Shown piece after piece: positions 48,584 through 58,665 of a stretch of DNA of 64,000 nucleotides; position 1 is the first letter of the stretch, and each line of letters begins with the position of its first letter. The DNA comes from Syntrophorhabdaceae bacterium. Its GTDB lineage: Bacteria; Desulfobacterota; Syntrophorhabdia; Syntrophorhabdales; Syntrophorhabdaceae. Made by a program: the position numbers and the translations under genes. The DNA is taken from contig OY762209.1 of assembly GCA_963665295.1 (NCBI GenBank), forward strand, positions 3,360,001-3,424,000. The letters are read 5' to 3'. The notes beneath the pieces are model-generated. The model was given only the letters and a program-made list of their open reading frames with translations, made no database searches and was not told the origin of the DNA.

Positions 48584-50145
48584 GGTGTCACATCCCGGTC
48601 ATACCTGGAAAAGACCATGACCGTCTCCCCGATCCTTTCTTCGAACTGGGGCCGGACCCCTGGAAGGGCCGCCGTGACTTCGTTCATGTCCCTTTTTCTT
48701 GTGAGGATGAAAAAGCTTTTCAACTCCCTGCCGAGGGCGATCAGTTTCTTTGTATCGTGTTCATCCACATGGGTTGCATAGGCACCTGCGTAGTACACGT
48801 AGACGCCCCTCATGCTCCCGTAGTATACCCAGGGCGTCCCTCCGATGATATAGGGTTTCATCTTTTCCGCCACCCGTTTTGGAGATTTATAGGGGTTAAA
48901 CTTCCCGTAAATTGATGCGTTTGCCGTGCCATAGCAGAGGACCATGAACAGGGCGACCGCTGCAAAGGCATGGAAGGGTTTTTTCTTCCAGGTGTAAAAG
49001 GCGAGGGCAAGGGAGGCCGCCAGGGAAAAGATACCTATACATAGCCTTTCGGGATAGAACTGCGGGTACCAGCCGGGCCGGTAAAGAAAGAGAAGCCAGC
49101 CAAGGGCAAAGAAGAGCATAGACAGGAAAAAGAACACCCCGTTGCGGTATTTGCTTCGCTCCTCAAGGAACACGGAACCGGCAATCAGTGAGATAGCGGG
49201 AAAGAGGGGTAGCATGTACTTGCTTATCTTTCCGGACGACAGGGAAAGGAAGAGAAACATCCATGCGGACCAGATCAGGAAATATGCGGTCTTGGGCTTC
49301 TCTCTGAGATTCGTCATGCAGAGATAGACACCCATGGGGAGGAACAGGCTCCAGGGGAAGAAATCCATGGGGAGGGTTGTGAGGTAGTAGTAGAAGGGCC
49401 TCTTGTGACTCCAGGCGTCGGCGAACCTCAGGAAGTTCTGCCGGATGATGTTTTCATACAGATAGGGAAACCCTTCCCAGCAATAGACCGCCGCATACCA
49501 GGGCAGGACTATTGCCGCAAGGATCAGGAGCCCGATATATGTCTCCTTTTGTCTGACGAGGGAAAAATCCTTCCGGAAGAGAAGATATATGGCGATTGCG
49601 GGAAAGGTCAGGGCTATTGACAAGGGGCCTTTGGTCATGAAAGCAAGTGCCGTGAAGACGAAGAAGAGATAATAGAATGCCCTCGAACCGTCCCGGCTGA
49701 ACCGGAAAAAGGAGAGCATGGCACTCGCCGTGAATACGGCAAACACCATGTCCACCTGAAGGTACCGTGCCTGCCAGTAATAAAGCGGTGCGGTAATGAG
49801 AATGGTCACGGAGATCATGGATTCTTTGATTCCGAAAAACCTCCGGACCACGGCGAAGAAGAATATGGCACAGCCCGCAGCCAGAAGGGCCGTGGGTATT
49901 CTCATGGACGTCTCATCCCTCAGAAACGGGAGCGCCCTGTGGGACCCGTAGGTTATGTAGTAGAAAAGAGGCGGTTTTTCGCCATAGGGGCTGTTGTTGA
50001 GATGGGGCACCACGGGATGGTATTCCGTCTCCCGGGCTATTTCGGCGAAATCCCCCTCGTCGGGCGCCCAGAAATCCCGTGACTGGGTGTTGTAGAGAAA
50101 GAGAAACGAACAGATGATACATAAGGCAAGGACCGGCCATTTCAT
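48580..50145 (-). CDS. Second ArnT-like glycosyltransferase
   Basis: PDEGDFAEIARE, EKPPLFY, MTKGP, SSGKISKYMLP. Confidence 0.85.
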   Translation of the reverse strand: MKWPVLALCIICSFLFLYNTQSRDFWAPDEGDFAEIARETEYHPVVPHLNNSPYGEKPPLFYYITYGSHRALPFLRDETSMRIPTALLAAGCAIFFFAVVRRFFGIKESMISVTILITAPLYYWQARYLQVDMVFAVFTASAMLSFFRFSRDGSRAFYYLFFVFTALAFMTKGPLSIALTFPAIAIYLLFRKDFSLVRQKETYIGLLILAAIVLPWYAAVYCWEGFPYLYENIIRQNFLRFADAWSHKRPFYYYLTTLPMDFFPWSLFLPMGVYLCMTNLREKPKTAYFLIWSAWMFLFLSLSSGKISKYMLPLFPAISLIAGSVFLEERSKYRNGVFFFLSMLFFALGWLLFLYRPGWYPQFYPERLCIGIFSLAASLALAFYTWKKKPFHAFAAVALFMVLCYGTANASIYGKFNPYKSPKRVAEKMKPYIIGGTPWVYYGSMRGVYVYYAGAYATHVDEHDTKKLIALGRELKSFFILTRKRDMNEVTAALPGVRPQFEERIGETVMVFSRYDRDVTP

Positions 50146-50714
50146 CGGCGATTGTGATCCGCTAATGTCCCGGCGTGAGCCTTCACTATACTCTCGATGC
50201 TCTGGAGCGCGTCTTCCATGGTGCCCGTGTTGAGGATGTACTCGTCGGCAAGAGCTATTGCCTCGGCCGCTCCGTATTCGATCTCTCGCCTATCCCTTTC
50301 CTCGAAGGCTAAAGCCGAGTCATCCGGTCTGCCTCTCGATACTATCCTTGCCAACCGCGTTGCCTTCGGGGCCAAAAAAGCGATGACTACGCACGGTATG
50401 CGCCCGCGCACCAATTCGATCTCCGGCCACGAACGCATGCCCTCCATAAAAACAATGTCGCCCGGAGTTTCGAGGGCCGACGTGAGTACATGGCGTGTTA
50501 CGCCCATGCCGTCATCTCCCCGGAGTTCCGTGGAGACCATAGCCGTATTGGACGCGTCCGGCGTGAGACCCCGTCTGCTCACTTCCTTTCGCACCAGGTC
50601 GCCGGTGGAAAAATAGGGCAGCCCTTTTGACTCTGAATATATGCGGGCTATATTCTTGCCGGAGGCGGGCATGCCCACGACTATGAAGACTGTCATGTGT
50701 CCATCCTTTCCCAT
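50142..50714 (-). CDS. P-loop nucleotide kinase-like protein (UPF0200-like)
   Basis: VGMPASGK, STGDLVR, EGMRSWPE, RGRPDD, RDRREI. Confidence 0.72.
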   Translation of the reverse strand: MGKDGHMTVFIVVGMPASGKNIARIYSESKGLPYFSTGDLVRKEVSRRGLTPDASNTAMVSTELRGDDGMGVTRHVLTSALETPGDIVFMEGMRSWPEIELVRGRIPCVVIAFLAPKATRLARIVSRGRPDDSALAFEERDRREIEYGAAEAIALADEYILNTGTMEDALQSIESIVKAHAGTLADHNRR

Positions 50715-50758
50715 GGTCTCCCCCTCACTGAATTTTGCCGGCATAGGTGGTAAAAGAA

Positions 50759-51121
50759 GGGGTAAACTATAAGCCGGGTTCTGTGGCCGGCTGACCGGCC
50801 GGTGATCATTTCTCTTGGATCCCGGTTACCCGGGATCTCTTGCGGCCTACCTGGGTTGAAGGACGGGCCATCCCCGCTGCCTTGCGGCAGCCCCCTGTTT
50901 GGCCTTGCATCGAATGGGGTTTGCAAAGCCACTTAGTCGCCTAAGTGCTGGTGAGCTCTTACCTCGCCTTTTCACCCTTACCGCCAGGACAAACCTGGTG
51001 AGGCGGTATGCTTTCTGTTGTACTTTCCTTAGGGTTGCCCCCAGCCCCCGTTAGGGGCCATTCTGCCCTTTGATGCCCGGACTTTCCTCAGACGCGACGC
51101 CTGCGATCACCCGTTTACCCC
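50759..51121 (-). ncRNA. rnpB: RNase P RNA (type A)
   Basis: GAGGAAAGTCCGGGC near the 5' end, CAGAACCCGGCTTA near the 3' end, P1 GGGGTAAAC/GTTTACCCC. Confidence 0.95.
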
Positions 51122-51517
51122 TTTTTTTACACCGTTTTTTGCGAGCTTATCCGCCACCCTGTTCTCTTCTCTTGGAATGTATTTCAAGGAAAACAGGTTG
51201 AAACTCCGCACAATAATTTTCGCAGTATTTACATATTCCCGCAAGCAGTCGTTGCGCACCTTGTACACGCCGTTGATCTGGTTTGCGAGAAGAAGGGAAT
51301 CCGTATAGACGTGAACCGATTCTACCTTTGATTCTCTGGCCTTTCGGAGGGCGCGAACCAGGGCTTCGTATTCCGCCATGTTGTTCGTCATGCATCCGAG
51401 GTAGGCACTCTCGCGGTATATCTCAGTTCCATTGCCGTTGAATGCCACTATACCGGCGCCCGAATCGCCGGGGTTACCCGATGACGCCCCGTCGATATAT
51501 ACGTGCCATTCGATCAT
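51107..51517 (-). CDS. rnhA: Ribonuclease HI family
   Basis: YIDGASSGNPG, TNNMAEYEAL, DSLL, NRVADKLA. Confidence 0.9.
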   Translation of the reverse strand: MIEWHVYIDGASSGNPGDSGAGIVAFNGNGTEIYRESAYLGCMTNNMAEYEALVRALRKARESKVESVHVYTDSLLLANQINGVYKVRNDCLREYVNTAKIIVRSFNLFSLKYIPREENRVADKLAKNGVKKGVNG

Positions 51518-52230
51518 TCTTCTTCGTCTTCGATGAAGTAGAATATCCTGTTGCAGCTCGGACAGAGTATTACCTGACGGTTCTTAGTGGCCTCGATGAA
51601 AAGCTGGGGTGGTATGGTCATGAAACATCCCAGGCAGACCCCGTTCTTCACATTTACCACGGCCAGTCCATTTCTTCTTTCCAGGAGAGTCGTATAGGTC
51701 GACTTCAGGTCTTCATCGACCATGCTGAGCAGGGCATCTCTGGTTTTTGTGAGTTCGGCAACGACGGCGTCCACGGAACGGAGCTCCTCGTCGAGCTTTT
51801 TCCTCTCCGCCAATGCTTCCGTCTCCTTCTTTTTGAACTCCTTAGTGGCGGCTTCCAGGTCTTTTTTTAGCTCCTCGATCTTATCCATCAAAACGAGGAC
51901 TTCTTCTTCCGTCTTGTCGTTCGTTTCCTTGGTGGTTTCTATTTCCTTGAGCAATGCCTGGTATTCCTTGTTCGTCTTGACCTCGTAAAGCTTCGATTGA
52001 GTCTTCTTTGTTTTTTCCCTTTCTGCCTCGATCTCTTTCTCTTTCTTTCTCCGCTCTTTTTCGAGTTCTTCTATGACCGTCGTTTCTCGCGTGATCCTGT
52101 CGGTCAGTTCCTCCAGTGACGCATCCATTTCCCTTATCTTTTTCGGAGCCGACAGTATCTTCTTCTCATTCGCTATTATCTTGGTGCATATCTGCTGAGC
52201 TTCATATATCGTTTTCAGTTGCTGCTCCAA
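51514..52230 (-). CDS. Coiled-coil C4 zinc-ribbon protein (COG1579)
   Basis: TNKEYQAL, CLGC...CPSCNRI. Confidence 0.9.
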   Translation of the reverse strand: MEQQLKTIYEAQQICTKIIANEKKILSAPKKIREMDASLEELTDRITRETTVIEELEKERRKKEKEIEAEREKTKKTQSKLYEVKTNKEYQALLKEIETTKETNDKTEEEVLVLMDKIEELKKDLEAATKEFKKKETEALAERKKLDEELRSVDAVVAELTKTRDALLSMVDEDLKSTYTTLLERRNGLAVVNVKNGVCLGCFMTIPPQLFIEATKNRQVILCPSCNRIFYFIEDEEE

Positions 52231-52252
52231 TGTGTTCCCTCCAAAAAGTTAA

Positions 52253-52282
52253 GGGGGGTGAACCTCAATGGTTGCACCCCCC
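52253..52282 (-). terminator. Hairpin with T-tract between tRNA and zinc-ribbon gene
   Basis: GGGGGGTG...CACCCCCC followed on the minus strand by TTAACTTTTT. Confidence 0.5.
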
Positions 52283-52340
52283 TGGATAAGTCAATTATGT
52301 TTTGTAGCAATACAATTGCGACATGACCTCTTTACTTTAA

Positions 52341-52413
52341 TGGGCCCACCTGGTCTCGAACCAGGGGCCTACCGGTTATGAGCCGGTGGCTCTACCAACT
52401 GAGCTATGGGCCC
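52341..52413 (-). tRNA. tRNA with CAU anticodon, most likely tRNA-Ile2
   Basis: GGGCCCA acceptor with C4-G69 and C5-G68; ACCGG-CTCATAA-CCGGT; lacks initiator features; CCA not encoded. Confidence 0.85.
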
Positions 52414-52610
52414 TTTTGAGGAATAGGATACCCGATGCCGTAGGTTTTGTCAATAGCCGGAGCGAGCTTTTTTTCAGTAGTGGTAAGGGGTTGCGGCGCC
52501 GCGGATCGTCCGTGTCGCTTCATCACCTCAGTTCTCTTTATTATGTGCAAACCTTATGGTATTATTTATTAAAGGATACTTTGACCAAACAGGAAAAGCG
52601 TGGATCACGC

Positions 52611-54116
52611 GTGAATTTTAATCCGCACAGAGATCTCGATACGGTACGGTCGATTCTCGATTTCTTGCCCATGGGCGTCTACGTCGTGGATGGGGAGCGA
52701 AGAATCCAATGGGCCAACCATCGGACGCGACACCGCTTCTGCATGGAGAAGGATTTTCCGTGGGGCGACCCGCATTGCTACCAGAGCCTTTTCAAGCGCG
52801 AGAGCCCGTGCGCCGATTGCCCTGCCATGAGAACCCTCAAAACGGGGAGGACCGAGTACGAGGAGATAAAGAGTGAACACCAGGGCGAACTGAAGTACTA
52901 TCTGGTTACGGCGACGCCCCTGAGGAGGGACCGGAGCGCCTCGCAAACCCTCATCATAGAAACTATTCAGGATATTACGGACCAGAAACGGGCCGACGAG
53001 GCGCTGCGCCGTCTCGATGATATCAATAGCGCCATCATCAATAACGCGCCTGTGGCCATTTTTACCCTTGATAAGAGCGGGAAGTTCATAAGCGTGAACC
53101 CGGCCCTGGCAACCCTCTCGGGCCTGGGTGCTCAGGCCGAGGAGAAGCTCCTGGGCTTCAATTGGCTGGAGAACCCTTACACAGTGAGGAGCGGCCTTGC
53201 GGAGCGCATAAGGAATTGCCTCGCGGGTGAGCCCTTCGAGCTCCAGGACTTTCCATTTACCACTTACCGGGGAGACCGGGGGCAGTATATCCATGTCAGA
53301 GGGGTGCCCCTGAAAGGCAAGGGCGACAAGGTGGAAGGGATGCTCTGTATTATTGAGGACAATACGGAGAAGGTCAAGGCTCAGATTCAATCGATTCAGG
53401 ATGCAAAGATGTCGGTCATAGGGAGGTTGATGACAGGGGTCGCCCATGAGTTGAACAACCCCCTTGCGGCCATAGCCGCCAACACCGAGCTCGCCTGCGA
53501 TCTCTTCCAGAATGTGAAGGACGGCACGGTTGGGAAAGAAGAAATCGAGGAGCTTCGTGAATATCTTGAAGTCATTGAAGACCAGGCCTTCAGATGCAAG
53601 AATATTATCAAGGACATGATAGACCTGACAAAAAAAGACGGCTTCGAGGCCCTCGAAATAGATCTGGTCGCCATGCTTGATGAACTGCTTGAAGTGCTGA
53701 ACCTCAACAAATTGAAGATACGGCTTGTAAGAGATGTACCGCCGGACCTGCCTCCCGTGCGGGGCGACATAAACGCCCTCAAACAATGTTTCCTCAACAT
53801 CCTTCGCAACGCGACGGATGCCCTTGAAAGCAGGGATGCGGCAGTGATACGGGTCCGCGCGCAGCACCGGGACATCGGGGTCAGGGTCGAGATCGAGGAC
53901 AACGGGGTGGGCATTCACGATGGACTGGTGGATAAGATTTTCGAGCCTTTTTTTTCCACCAAAGACACGGGAAAGGGCGTGGGACTGGGCCTCACCCTGT
54001 GCTATGAGTTCCTCAAGAGGATGGGGGCGGAAATTGAGGTAAAGAGCGTACTGGGGAGAGGAAGTGTTTTCGTGGTGACCCTTCCTGTTTTTCAGGAAAC
54101 GAGCGGGGTTGAATAA
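52611..54116 (+). CDS. Cytoplasmic PAS-PAS sensor histidine kinase
   Basis: Two PAS domains (first with CY..CADCP), AHELNNPL, NATDA, DNGVG, FFSTK, GLGL; ORF-track start overlaps the tRNA so GTG 52611 preferred. Confidence 0.88.
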   Translation: MNFNPHRDLDTVRSILDFLPMGVYVVDGERRIQWANHRTRHRFCMEKDFPWGDPHCYQSLFKRESPCADCPAMRTLKTGRTEYEEIKSEHQGELKYYLVTATPLRRDRSASQTLIIETIQDITDQKRADEALRRLDDINSAIINNAPVAIFTLDKSGKFISVNPALATLSGLGAQAEEKLLGFNWLENPYTVRSGLAERIRNCLAGEPFELQDFPFTTYRGDRGQYIHVRGVPLKGKGDKVEGMLCIIEDNTEKVKAQIQSIQDAKMSVIGRLMTGVAHELNNPLAAIAANTELACDLFQNVKDGTVGKEEIEELREYLEVIEDQAFRCKNIIKDMIDLTKKDGFEALEIDLVAMLDELLEVLNLNKLKIRLVRDVPPDLPPVRGDINALKQCFLNILRNATDALESRDAAVIRVRAQHRDIGVRVEIEDNGVGIHDGLVDKIFEPFFSTKDTGKGVGLGLTLCYEFLKRMGAEIEVKSVLGRGSVFVVTLPVFQETSGVE

Positions 54117-54122
54117 TTTGCC

Positions 54123-55469
54123 ATGATACGGATTCTGATCGTCGATGACGAGCACCAGCTTGTGGAGGCATTCAGAAAGAAGCTTTCCAGGGAAGGTATG
54201 GATGTTTTTACCGCCCTGAACGGCAGAGAGGCTATTTCCATTATGAAGCAGGAAACCCTCGACATCGGTCTCTTCGATATGCGGCTCCCCGACATGGATG
54301 GAGTGGAACTCCTGGGAAGACTGAAAGAGATGCAGCCCACGTCCGAGGTGATTATGCTTACGGGCTATGCATCCGTGGATACCGCTATACGGTCCATGAA
54401 GCTCGGAGCCTACGATTACCTCACTAAACCGTGTAAGCTCTCGGAACTGCACAATGTGATACTCAAGGCTTACGAAAAGAAGCAGTTGAAGGAAAAGAAC
54501 ATCGTCCTGGAGGAACACCTTCAGCGCGTTGAACTCCATGACAGGTTTATCGGTGAAAGCAAAGAAATAAGAGAAGTAAAGAAGCTCATCTCGATAGTCG
54601 GCACGGCCAACGTCCCGGTTCTGGTCCTCGGGGAGACGGGCACGGGAAAGGAGCTTGTGGCAAGGGCCATCCACTCTGTTTCCATACGCTCCACAAATCC
54701 TTTTGTGGCGATTAATGCGAGTTGCCTGCAGGAAAGTATCCTCGAGAGTGAGTTGTTCGGCTACAAAAAAGGCGCCTTTACCGGGGCTCAGACAGATAAA
54801 GTGGGCCTTCTCGAAATCGCGAACAAGGGCACCTTCTTTGTTGACGAGATCGGGGACATGGGGCCTGCCATCCAGGCTAAACTGCTCAGAGTCCTCGAGA
54901 CCGCGGCCTTCAGGAAGCTCGGGGATACGAAAGAGATAAAAGTGGATGTCCGTTTCATTTTTGCCACCAACAAGAGCCTCGAAGAAGAAGTGGAGACAAA
55001 CAGGTTTCGAAAGGACCTTTTTTACAGGCTCAACACTTTCATCATCATGGTTCCCCCTGTGAGGGACAGGAAGGACGATGTCCCCGTCCTCGCAGAATAC
55101 TTTATGGACAAGTTCGCAAGGGGCGGGCCGAAAAAGAAAATATCCAGGCAGGCCATGGATCTGCTCATGGACTACCACTGGCCCGGCAATGTGAGGGAAC
55201 TGGCGAATGTCCTCGAAAGAGCTATTCTGGTTTCGGGAAAGAGAGACGAGATAGTCGGCAACGACCTTCCGCCCGGCATGATCCAGTCGCCGCCCGTGGA
55301 ACCGGAGAGCGTGAAACCGAGACTGACCCAGGACAAATTGCGACTGGACAAGATGGAAAAGGAACATATAGAGAGGGTGCTCAAGATGGCAGGGGGCAAT
55401 AAAAGCAAAGCTGCCCGCCTCCTGGGCATCAGTCGGAAAAAACTGTACGAAAAAATAGACGACAATTAA
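54123..55469 (+). CDS. Sigma-54-dependent response regulator (NtrC family)
   Basis: Receiver domain, GETGTGKE, GAFTGA, WPGNVREL, Fis-type HTH. Confidence 0.95.
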   Translation: MIRILIVDDEHQLVEAFRKKLSREGMDVFTALNGREAISIMKQETLDIGLFDMRLPDMDGVELLGRLKEMQPTSEVIMLTGYASVDTAIRSMKLGAYDYLTKPCKLSELHNVILKAYEKKQLKEKNIVLEEHLQRVELHDRFIGESKEIREVKKLISIVGTANVPVLVLGETGTGKELVARAIHSVSIRSTNPFVAINASCLQESILESELFGYKKGAFTGAQTDKVGLLEIANKGTFFVDEIGDMGPAIQAKLLRVLETAAFRKLGDTKEIKVDVRFIFATNKSLEEEVETNRFRKDLFYRLNTFIIMVPPVRDRKDDVPVLAEYFMDKFARGGPKKKISRQAMDLLMDYHWPGNVRELANVLERAILVSGKRDEIVGNDLPPGMIQSPPVEPESVKPRLTQDKLRLDKMEKEHIERVLKMAGGNKSKAARLLGISRKKLYEKIDDN

Positions 55470-55553
55470 CGGCGGTCATTCGGGGATAAGGGCCGTATCC
55501 GGCCATAATCGCGAATCTGCCCCAACTCCTAATGTATATAAATTCGTGCAGAC

Positions 55554-55606
55554 ATGTGCAGTTTAGATACAGTTGTCCCCATGCCTTTATGTGCATTTTA
55601 GATACA
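55554..55606. promoter_or_regulatory. Tandem enhancer-like sites (TGT-N11-ACA)
   Basis: ATGTGCA(G/T)TTTAGATACA at 55554-55571 and 55589-55606. Confidence 0.65.
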
Positions 55607-55712
55607 CTCGGCAGCGTCTCACCCCCGGACTGAGAACACCTTTTTCTACCCTACTATCAAGTAAATAGGCTGATAGCCATTTTTCCCATGAGTCACCCGG
55701 TTGTTCTAAAAT

Positions 55713-55727
55713 TGGCACAGTAATTGC
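55713..55727 (+). promoter_or_regulatory. Sigma-54 -24/-12 promoter
   Basis: TGGCAC-AGTAA-TTGC, exact consensus. Confidence 0.85.
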
Positions 55728-55871
55728 TATACTGTTTATCATGACATCCACACAAAAGGGTCACTTCCTGCGAGAGACGGTGAAGATCGTGCCCGACAAA
55801 GACGGAGTGGACGACAGAACGAATGGAGTGAAGGTAAACTCCATTCATCAATGACTAAAGGAGAAAAGGGT

Positions 55872-57026
55872 ATGCCACTTTTTGCAGACACGCAGGACGA
55901 ACGGGATTTCAGGTTGGCTTTAAAGAAATTCGTTGCGAAGGAATTCACTCCTCACCGCGAGGAATGGGACAACAACAGGGGCGTACCCCGCGAGGCATGG
56001 AAAAAGATGGGCCAACAGGGCTTTCTCTGTGCCTGGCTCCCGGAAGAGTACGGCGGCGCCGGCGTCAACTTCAAGTATTCCGTCATAGTAGGCCAGGAAC
56101 TTATCAGGGGCGATGCGATGGGAATCGGCGTACCCAACCATCAGGACGTGGCCGTTCCTTACATCTATTCCTTTGGTTCCGAAGAGCTCAAAAGGAAGCT
56201 TTTGCCGAAAACCGCGTCAGGAGATGCCATAGCATGCCTCTGTGTCACCGAACCGAATACGGGCTCCGATGCGGCCGCCATCCGGACCAAGGCGGTGAAG
56301 GACGGGGACCATTACATTCTTACCGGACAAAAGACATTCATCACGAACGGCACCTTTGCCGACATTATGGTCGTGCTCTGCAAGGTTGAATCCCCGGGAA
56401 GTTCGGGCAAGAACATCAGCCTTCTTGTTGTTGAAGGAGACAGCCTGAAGTCCGTGCAGCGTCGCCAGTTGGAAAAGATGGGCCGTCATGCCACAGATAC
56501 CACGGAACTTTATTTTGAGGACGTGAAAGTGCCCGTGGGAAACCTTCTCGGCAACGAAGGGGAAGGCTTCAAGTACACAATGCAGAAATTTAACCAGGAA
56601 AGGCTTGAAGTCTGTATAAAATGCCAGACCTACGCAGAGGAGTGCTTCAAGGAGGCCCTCGAATACGCAAAGGTCCGCGAGGCTTTCGGCAAGCCTATTG
56701 GAAACTTTGAGCACATTTCTTTTGAGCTTGCCGAGATGGCTACGGACGTCGAGATCGGAAATACCTTTCTTCAGACCTGTGTCGAGGAGTTTGTAAGGGG
56801 AGAGGATATTACCAAAAAGGTGTCCATGGCAAAGGCGTGGCTTGCCGAGATGGCCAACAGGGTCGCCTATAAAGCGGTCCAGATCCATGGTGGGTATGGT
56901 TATATGGCTGAATACCGGATTTGTCGTCTGTACCAGGACGTCCGCGTTCTGCCGATCTTTGCGGGTACCACCGAGATTATGAAAGTTATCATTGCCCGCC
57001 AGTTGGGCTTGAAGCCTATTTTTTGA
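55872..57026 (+). CDS. Acyl-CoA dehydrogenase
   Basis: TEPNTGSD, GQKTFITNG, QIHGGYGY, IFAGTTEIMK. Confidence 0.93.
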   Translation: MPLFADTQDERDFRLALKKFVAKEFTPHREEWDNNRGVPREAWKKMGQQGFLCAWLPEEYGGAGVNFKYSVIVGQELIRGDAMGIGVPNHQDVAVPYIYSFGSEELKRKLLPKTASGDAIACLCVTEPNTGSDAAAIRTKAVKDGDHYILTGQKTFITNGTFADIMVVLCKVESPGSSGKNISLLVVEGDSLKSVQRRQLEKMGRHATDTTELYFEDVKVPVGNLLGNEGEGFKYTMQKFNQERLEVCIKCQTYAEECFKEALEYAKVREAFGKPIGNFEHISFELAEMATDVEIGNTFLQTCVEEFVRGEDITKKVSMAKAWLAEMANRVAYKAVQIHGGYGYMAEYRICRLYQDVRVLPIFAGTTEIMKVIIARQLGLKPIF

Positions 57027-57284
57027 ATGTGTTATGTTTAAGAAAAGACGCGGACCGCAGCCACCGGGCACAAAGGGCTCGGGATTTTGACAAAGCTGGG
57101 ACGGTCCATTCCGGAAAGAAGGCTTTACACGCATCCCGACTGCGGGAGGTCGGGATCGGGCCTGGTATGAGGGGCAACGGTGCAGGTTGAAGCGGGAACC
57201 TGGGCCCGGCCGCGGGCGAGGCGAAACTACCTGAATAGGGGAGAGGCTTTCCGGGAGTCTCAAGGCATTCCAAGGGAGGGTTCA

Positions 57285-58430
57285 ATGGAGTTGACATCGG
57301 AACAAAAAGACATTGTAAAGGCTGCCCGTGAATTTGCAGAAGGGGAGTTCAGGGACAGGGCCAGAGAATTCGACGAAAAAGAAGAGTTCGATATGGCGAT
57401 TTGGAAGCGGGCTGCGGAGAATGGATTCATAGGTTGTTTTATCAAGGAGGAATACGGGGGAATGGGACTCGGATTTCTCGAGCACAGCCTTATTACAGAG
57501 CAGTTGTGGCGCGTTGATCCGGGCTGCGGTCAGGCGCTCTGCGCCCTCAGTTTCGGTTCCGAGATGATACAGCAATTCGGGACTGAAGAACAGAAGAAGA
57601 AATATTTGCCACCCATACCCGCGGGCGAGGCGATCATAGCCTCTGCTATTACAGAACCCGATGCGGGCAGCGATGTGACCATGATTAAGACAAGGGCGGA
57701 GAAGAAGGGCGACAAATTTATCATCAACGGATCGAAGATGTTTATCACCAACGGCTGTACTGCACACTACGCCCTGGTTTACGCGCTTACCGACCCCGCG
57801 GCAAAGAACGCTCACAACAGGCATTCCGTCATTCTTGTGGAGACATCCACGCCCGGTTTTGAAGCAACGAAGATACACGGAAAGATGGGAATCAGGGCAT
57901 CGAATACCGCCGAGTTGAGCTTCAGCAATGTGGAAGTACCCGTGGAAAATGTGATCGGAAAGGAAGGTCGCGGCTTTTACCAGCTTATGGATTTTTTCAA
58001 CAAGACCAGGAACCACGTGGCGGCTCAAGGCGTCGGCGTTGCTCAGGGGGCCCTCGAAATGGCTATCTCCTATGTGAAGAAAAGGAAAGCTTTCGGAGGG
58101 ACGTTGTCGAAGTTACAAGGTGTCCAGTTCAAAATTGCCGAAATGGCCACAAGAATTGAAGCCGCAAGAAGCCTCTATTGGAGGGCTGCCTGGCTTCTCG
58201 ACCACGGAAAGCTCGACCCCGCGCTGGTCTCCATGGCCAAGTGGTTTGCCGGGGAAACGGCGGTATATGTAGCGAATGAGGCTTTGCAGCTTCACGGTGG
58301 CTATGGATATATTGCTGAATACGATATTCAGAGATTTTACCGGGATGCCAAGATTGTGGAGATATATGAGGGCTCGAAAGAAGTCGAGAAGGCGGTTATA
58401 GCAAGTGAACTATTGAAAAGGGTATTTTAG
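57285..58430 (+). CDS. Acyl-CoA dehydrogenase
   Basis: TEPDAGSD, GSKMFITNG, QLHGGYGY, IYEGSKE; GGGAGG RBS before ATG 57285. Confidence 0.93.
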   Translation: MELTSEQKDIVKAAREFAEGEFRDRAREFDEKEEFDMAIWKRAAENGFIGCFIKEEYGGMGLGFLEHSLITEQLWRVDPGCGQALCALSFGSEMIQQFGTEEQKKKYLPPIPAGEAIIASAITEPDAGSDVTMIKTRAEKKGDKFIINGSKMFITNGCTAHYALVYALTDPAAKNAHNRHSVILVETSTPGFEATKIHGKMGIRASNTAELSFSNVEVPVENVIGKEGRGFYQLMDFFNKTRNHVAAQGVGVAQGALEMAISYVKKRKAFGGTLSKLQGVQFKIAEMATRIEAARSLYWRAAWLLDHGKLDPALVSMAKWFAGETAVYVANEALQLHGGYGYIAEYDIQRFYRDAKIVEIYEGSKEVEKAVIASELLKRVF

Positions 58431-58444
58431 GGCTGCACCCATCA

Positions 58445-58473
58445 GGAGGGAAGCCTCGCTGAGGCTTCCCTCC
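58445..58473 (+). terminator. 13-bp hairpin after second ACAD
   Basis: GGAGGGAAGCCTC-gct-GAGGCTTCCCTCC; no T-tract. Confidence 0.5.
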
Positions 58474-58665
58474 GCCCTCGACTTCTACGTTGGCGGGTCC
58501 CATACCACTTGAAAAGATGGCTGTGGGGTGTATCGAAACGATACAGACGCGTTTCGACGATGGATGTCGCCCGTGCTTAGATTATTGGAAGGTTGTGCGT
58601 TACGATAGTCCCGGCTTTGGTCAAACTACCAGGGACTATAACAAAATTAATTTTTTGGGGGTACC

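Noticed and set aside
52386..52610. N-terminal extension of the kinase in the ORF track
   Set aside because: Overlaps the tRNA and its upstream region
52605..55367. 920-aa minus-strand ORF
   Set aside because: Antisense shadow of the kinase and NtrC genes; no motifs
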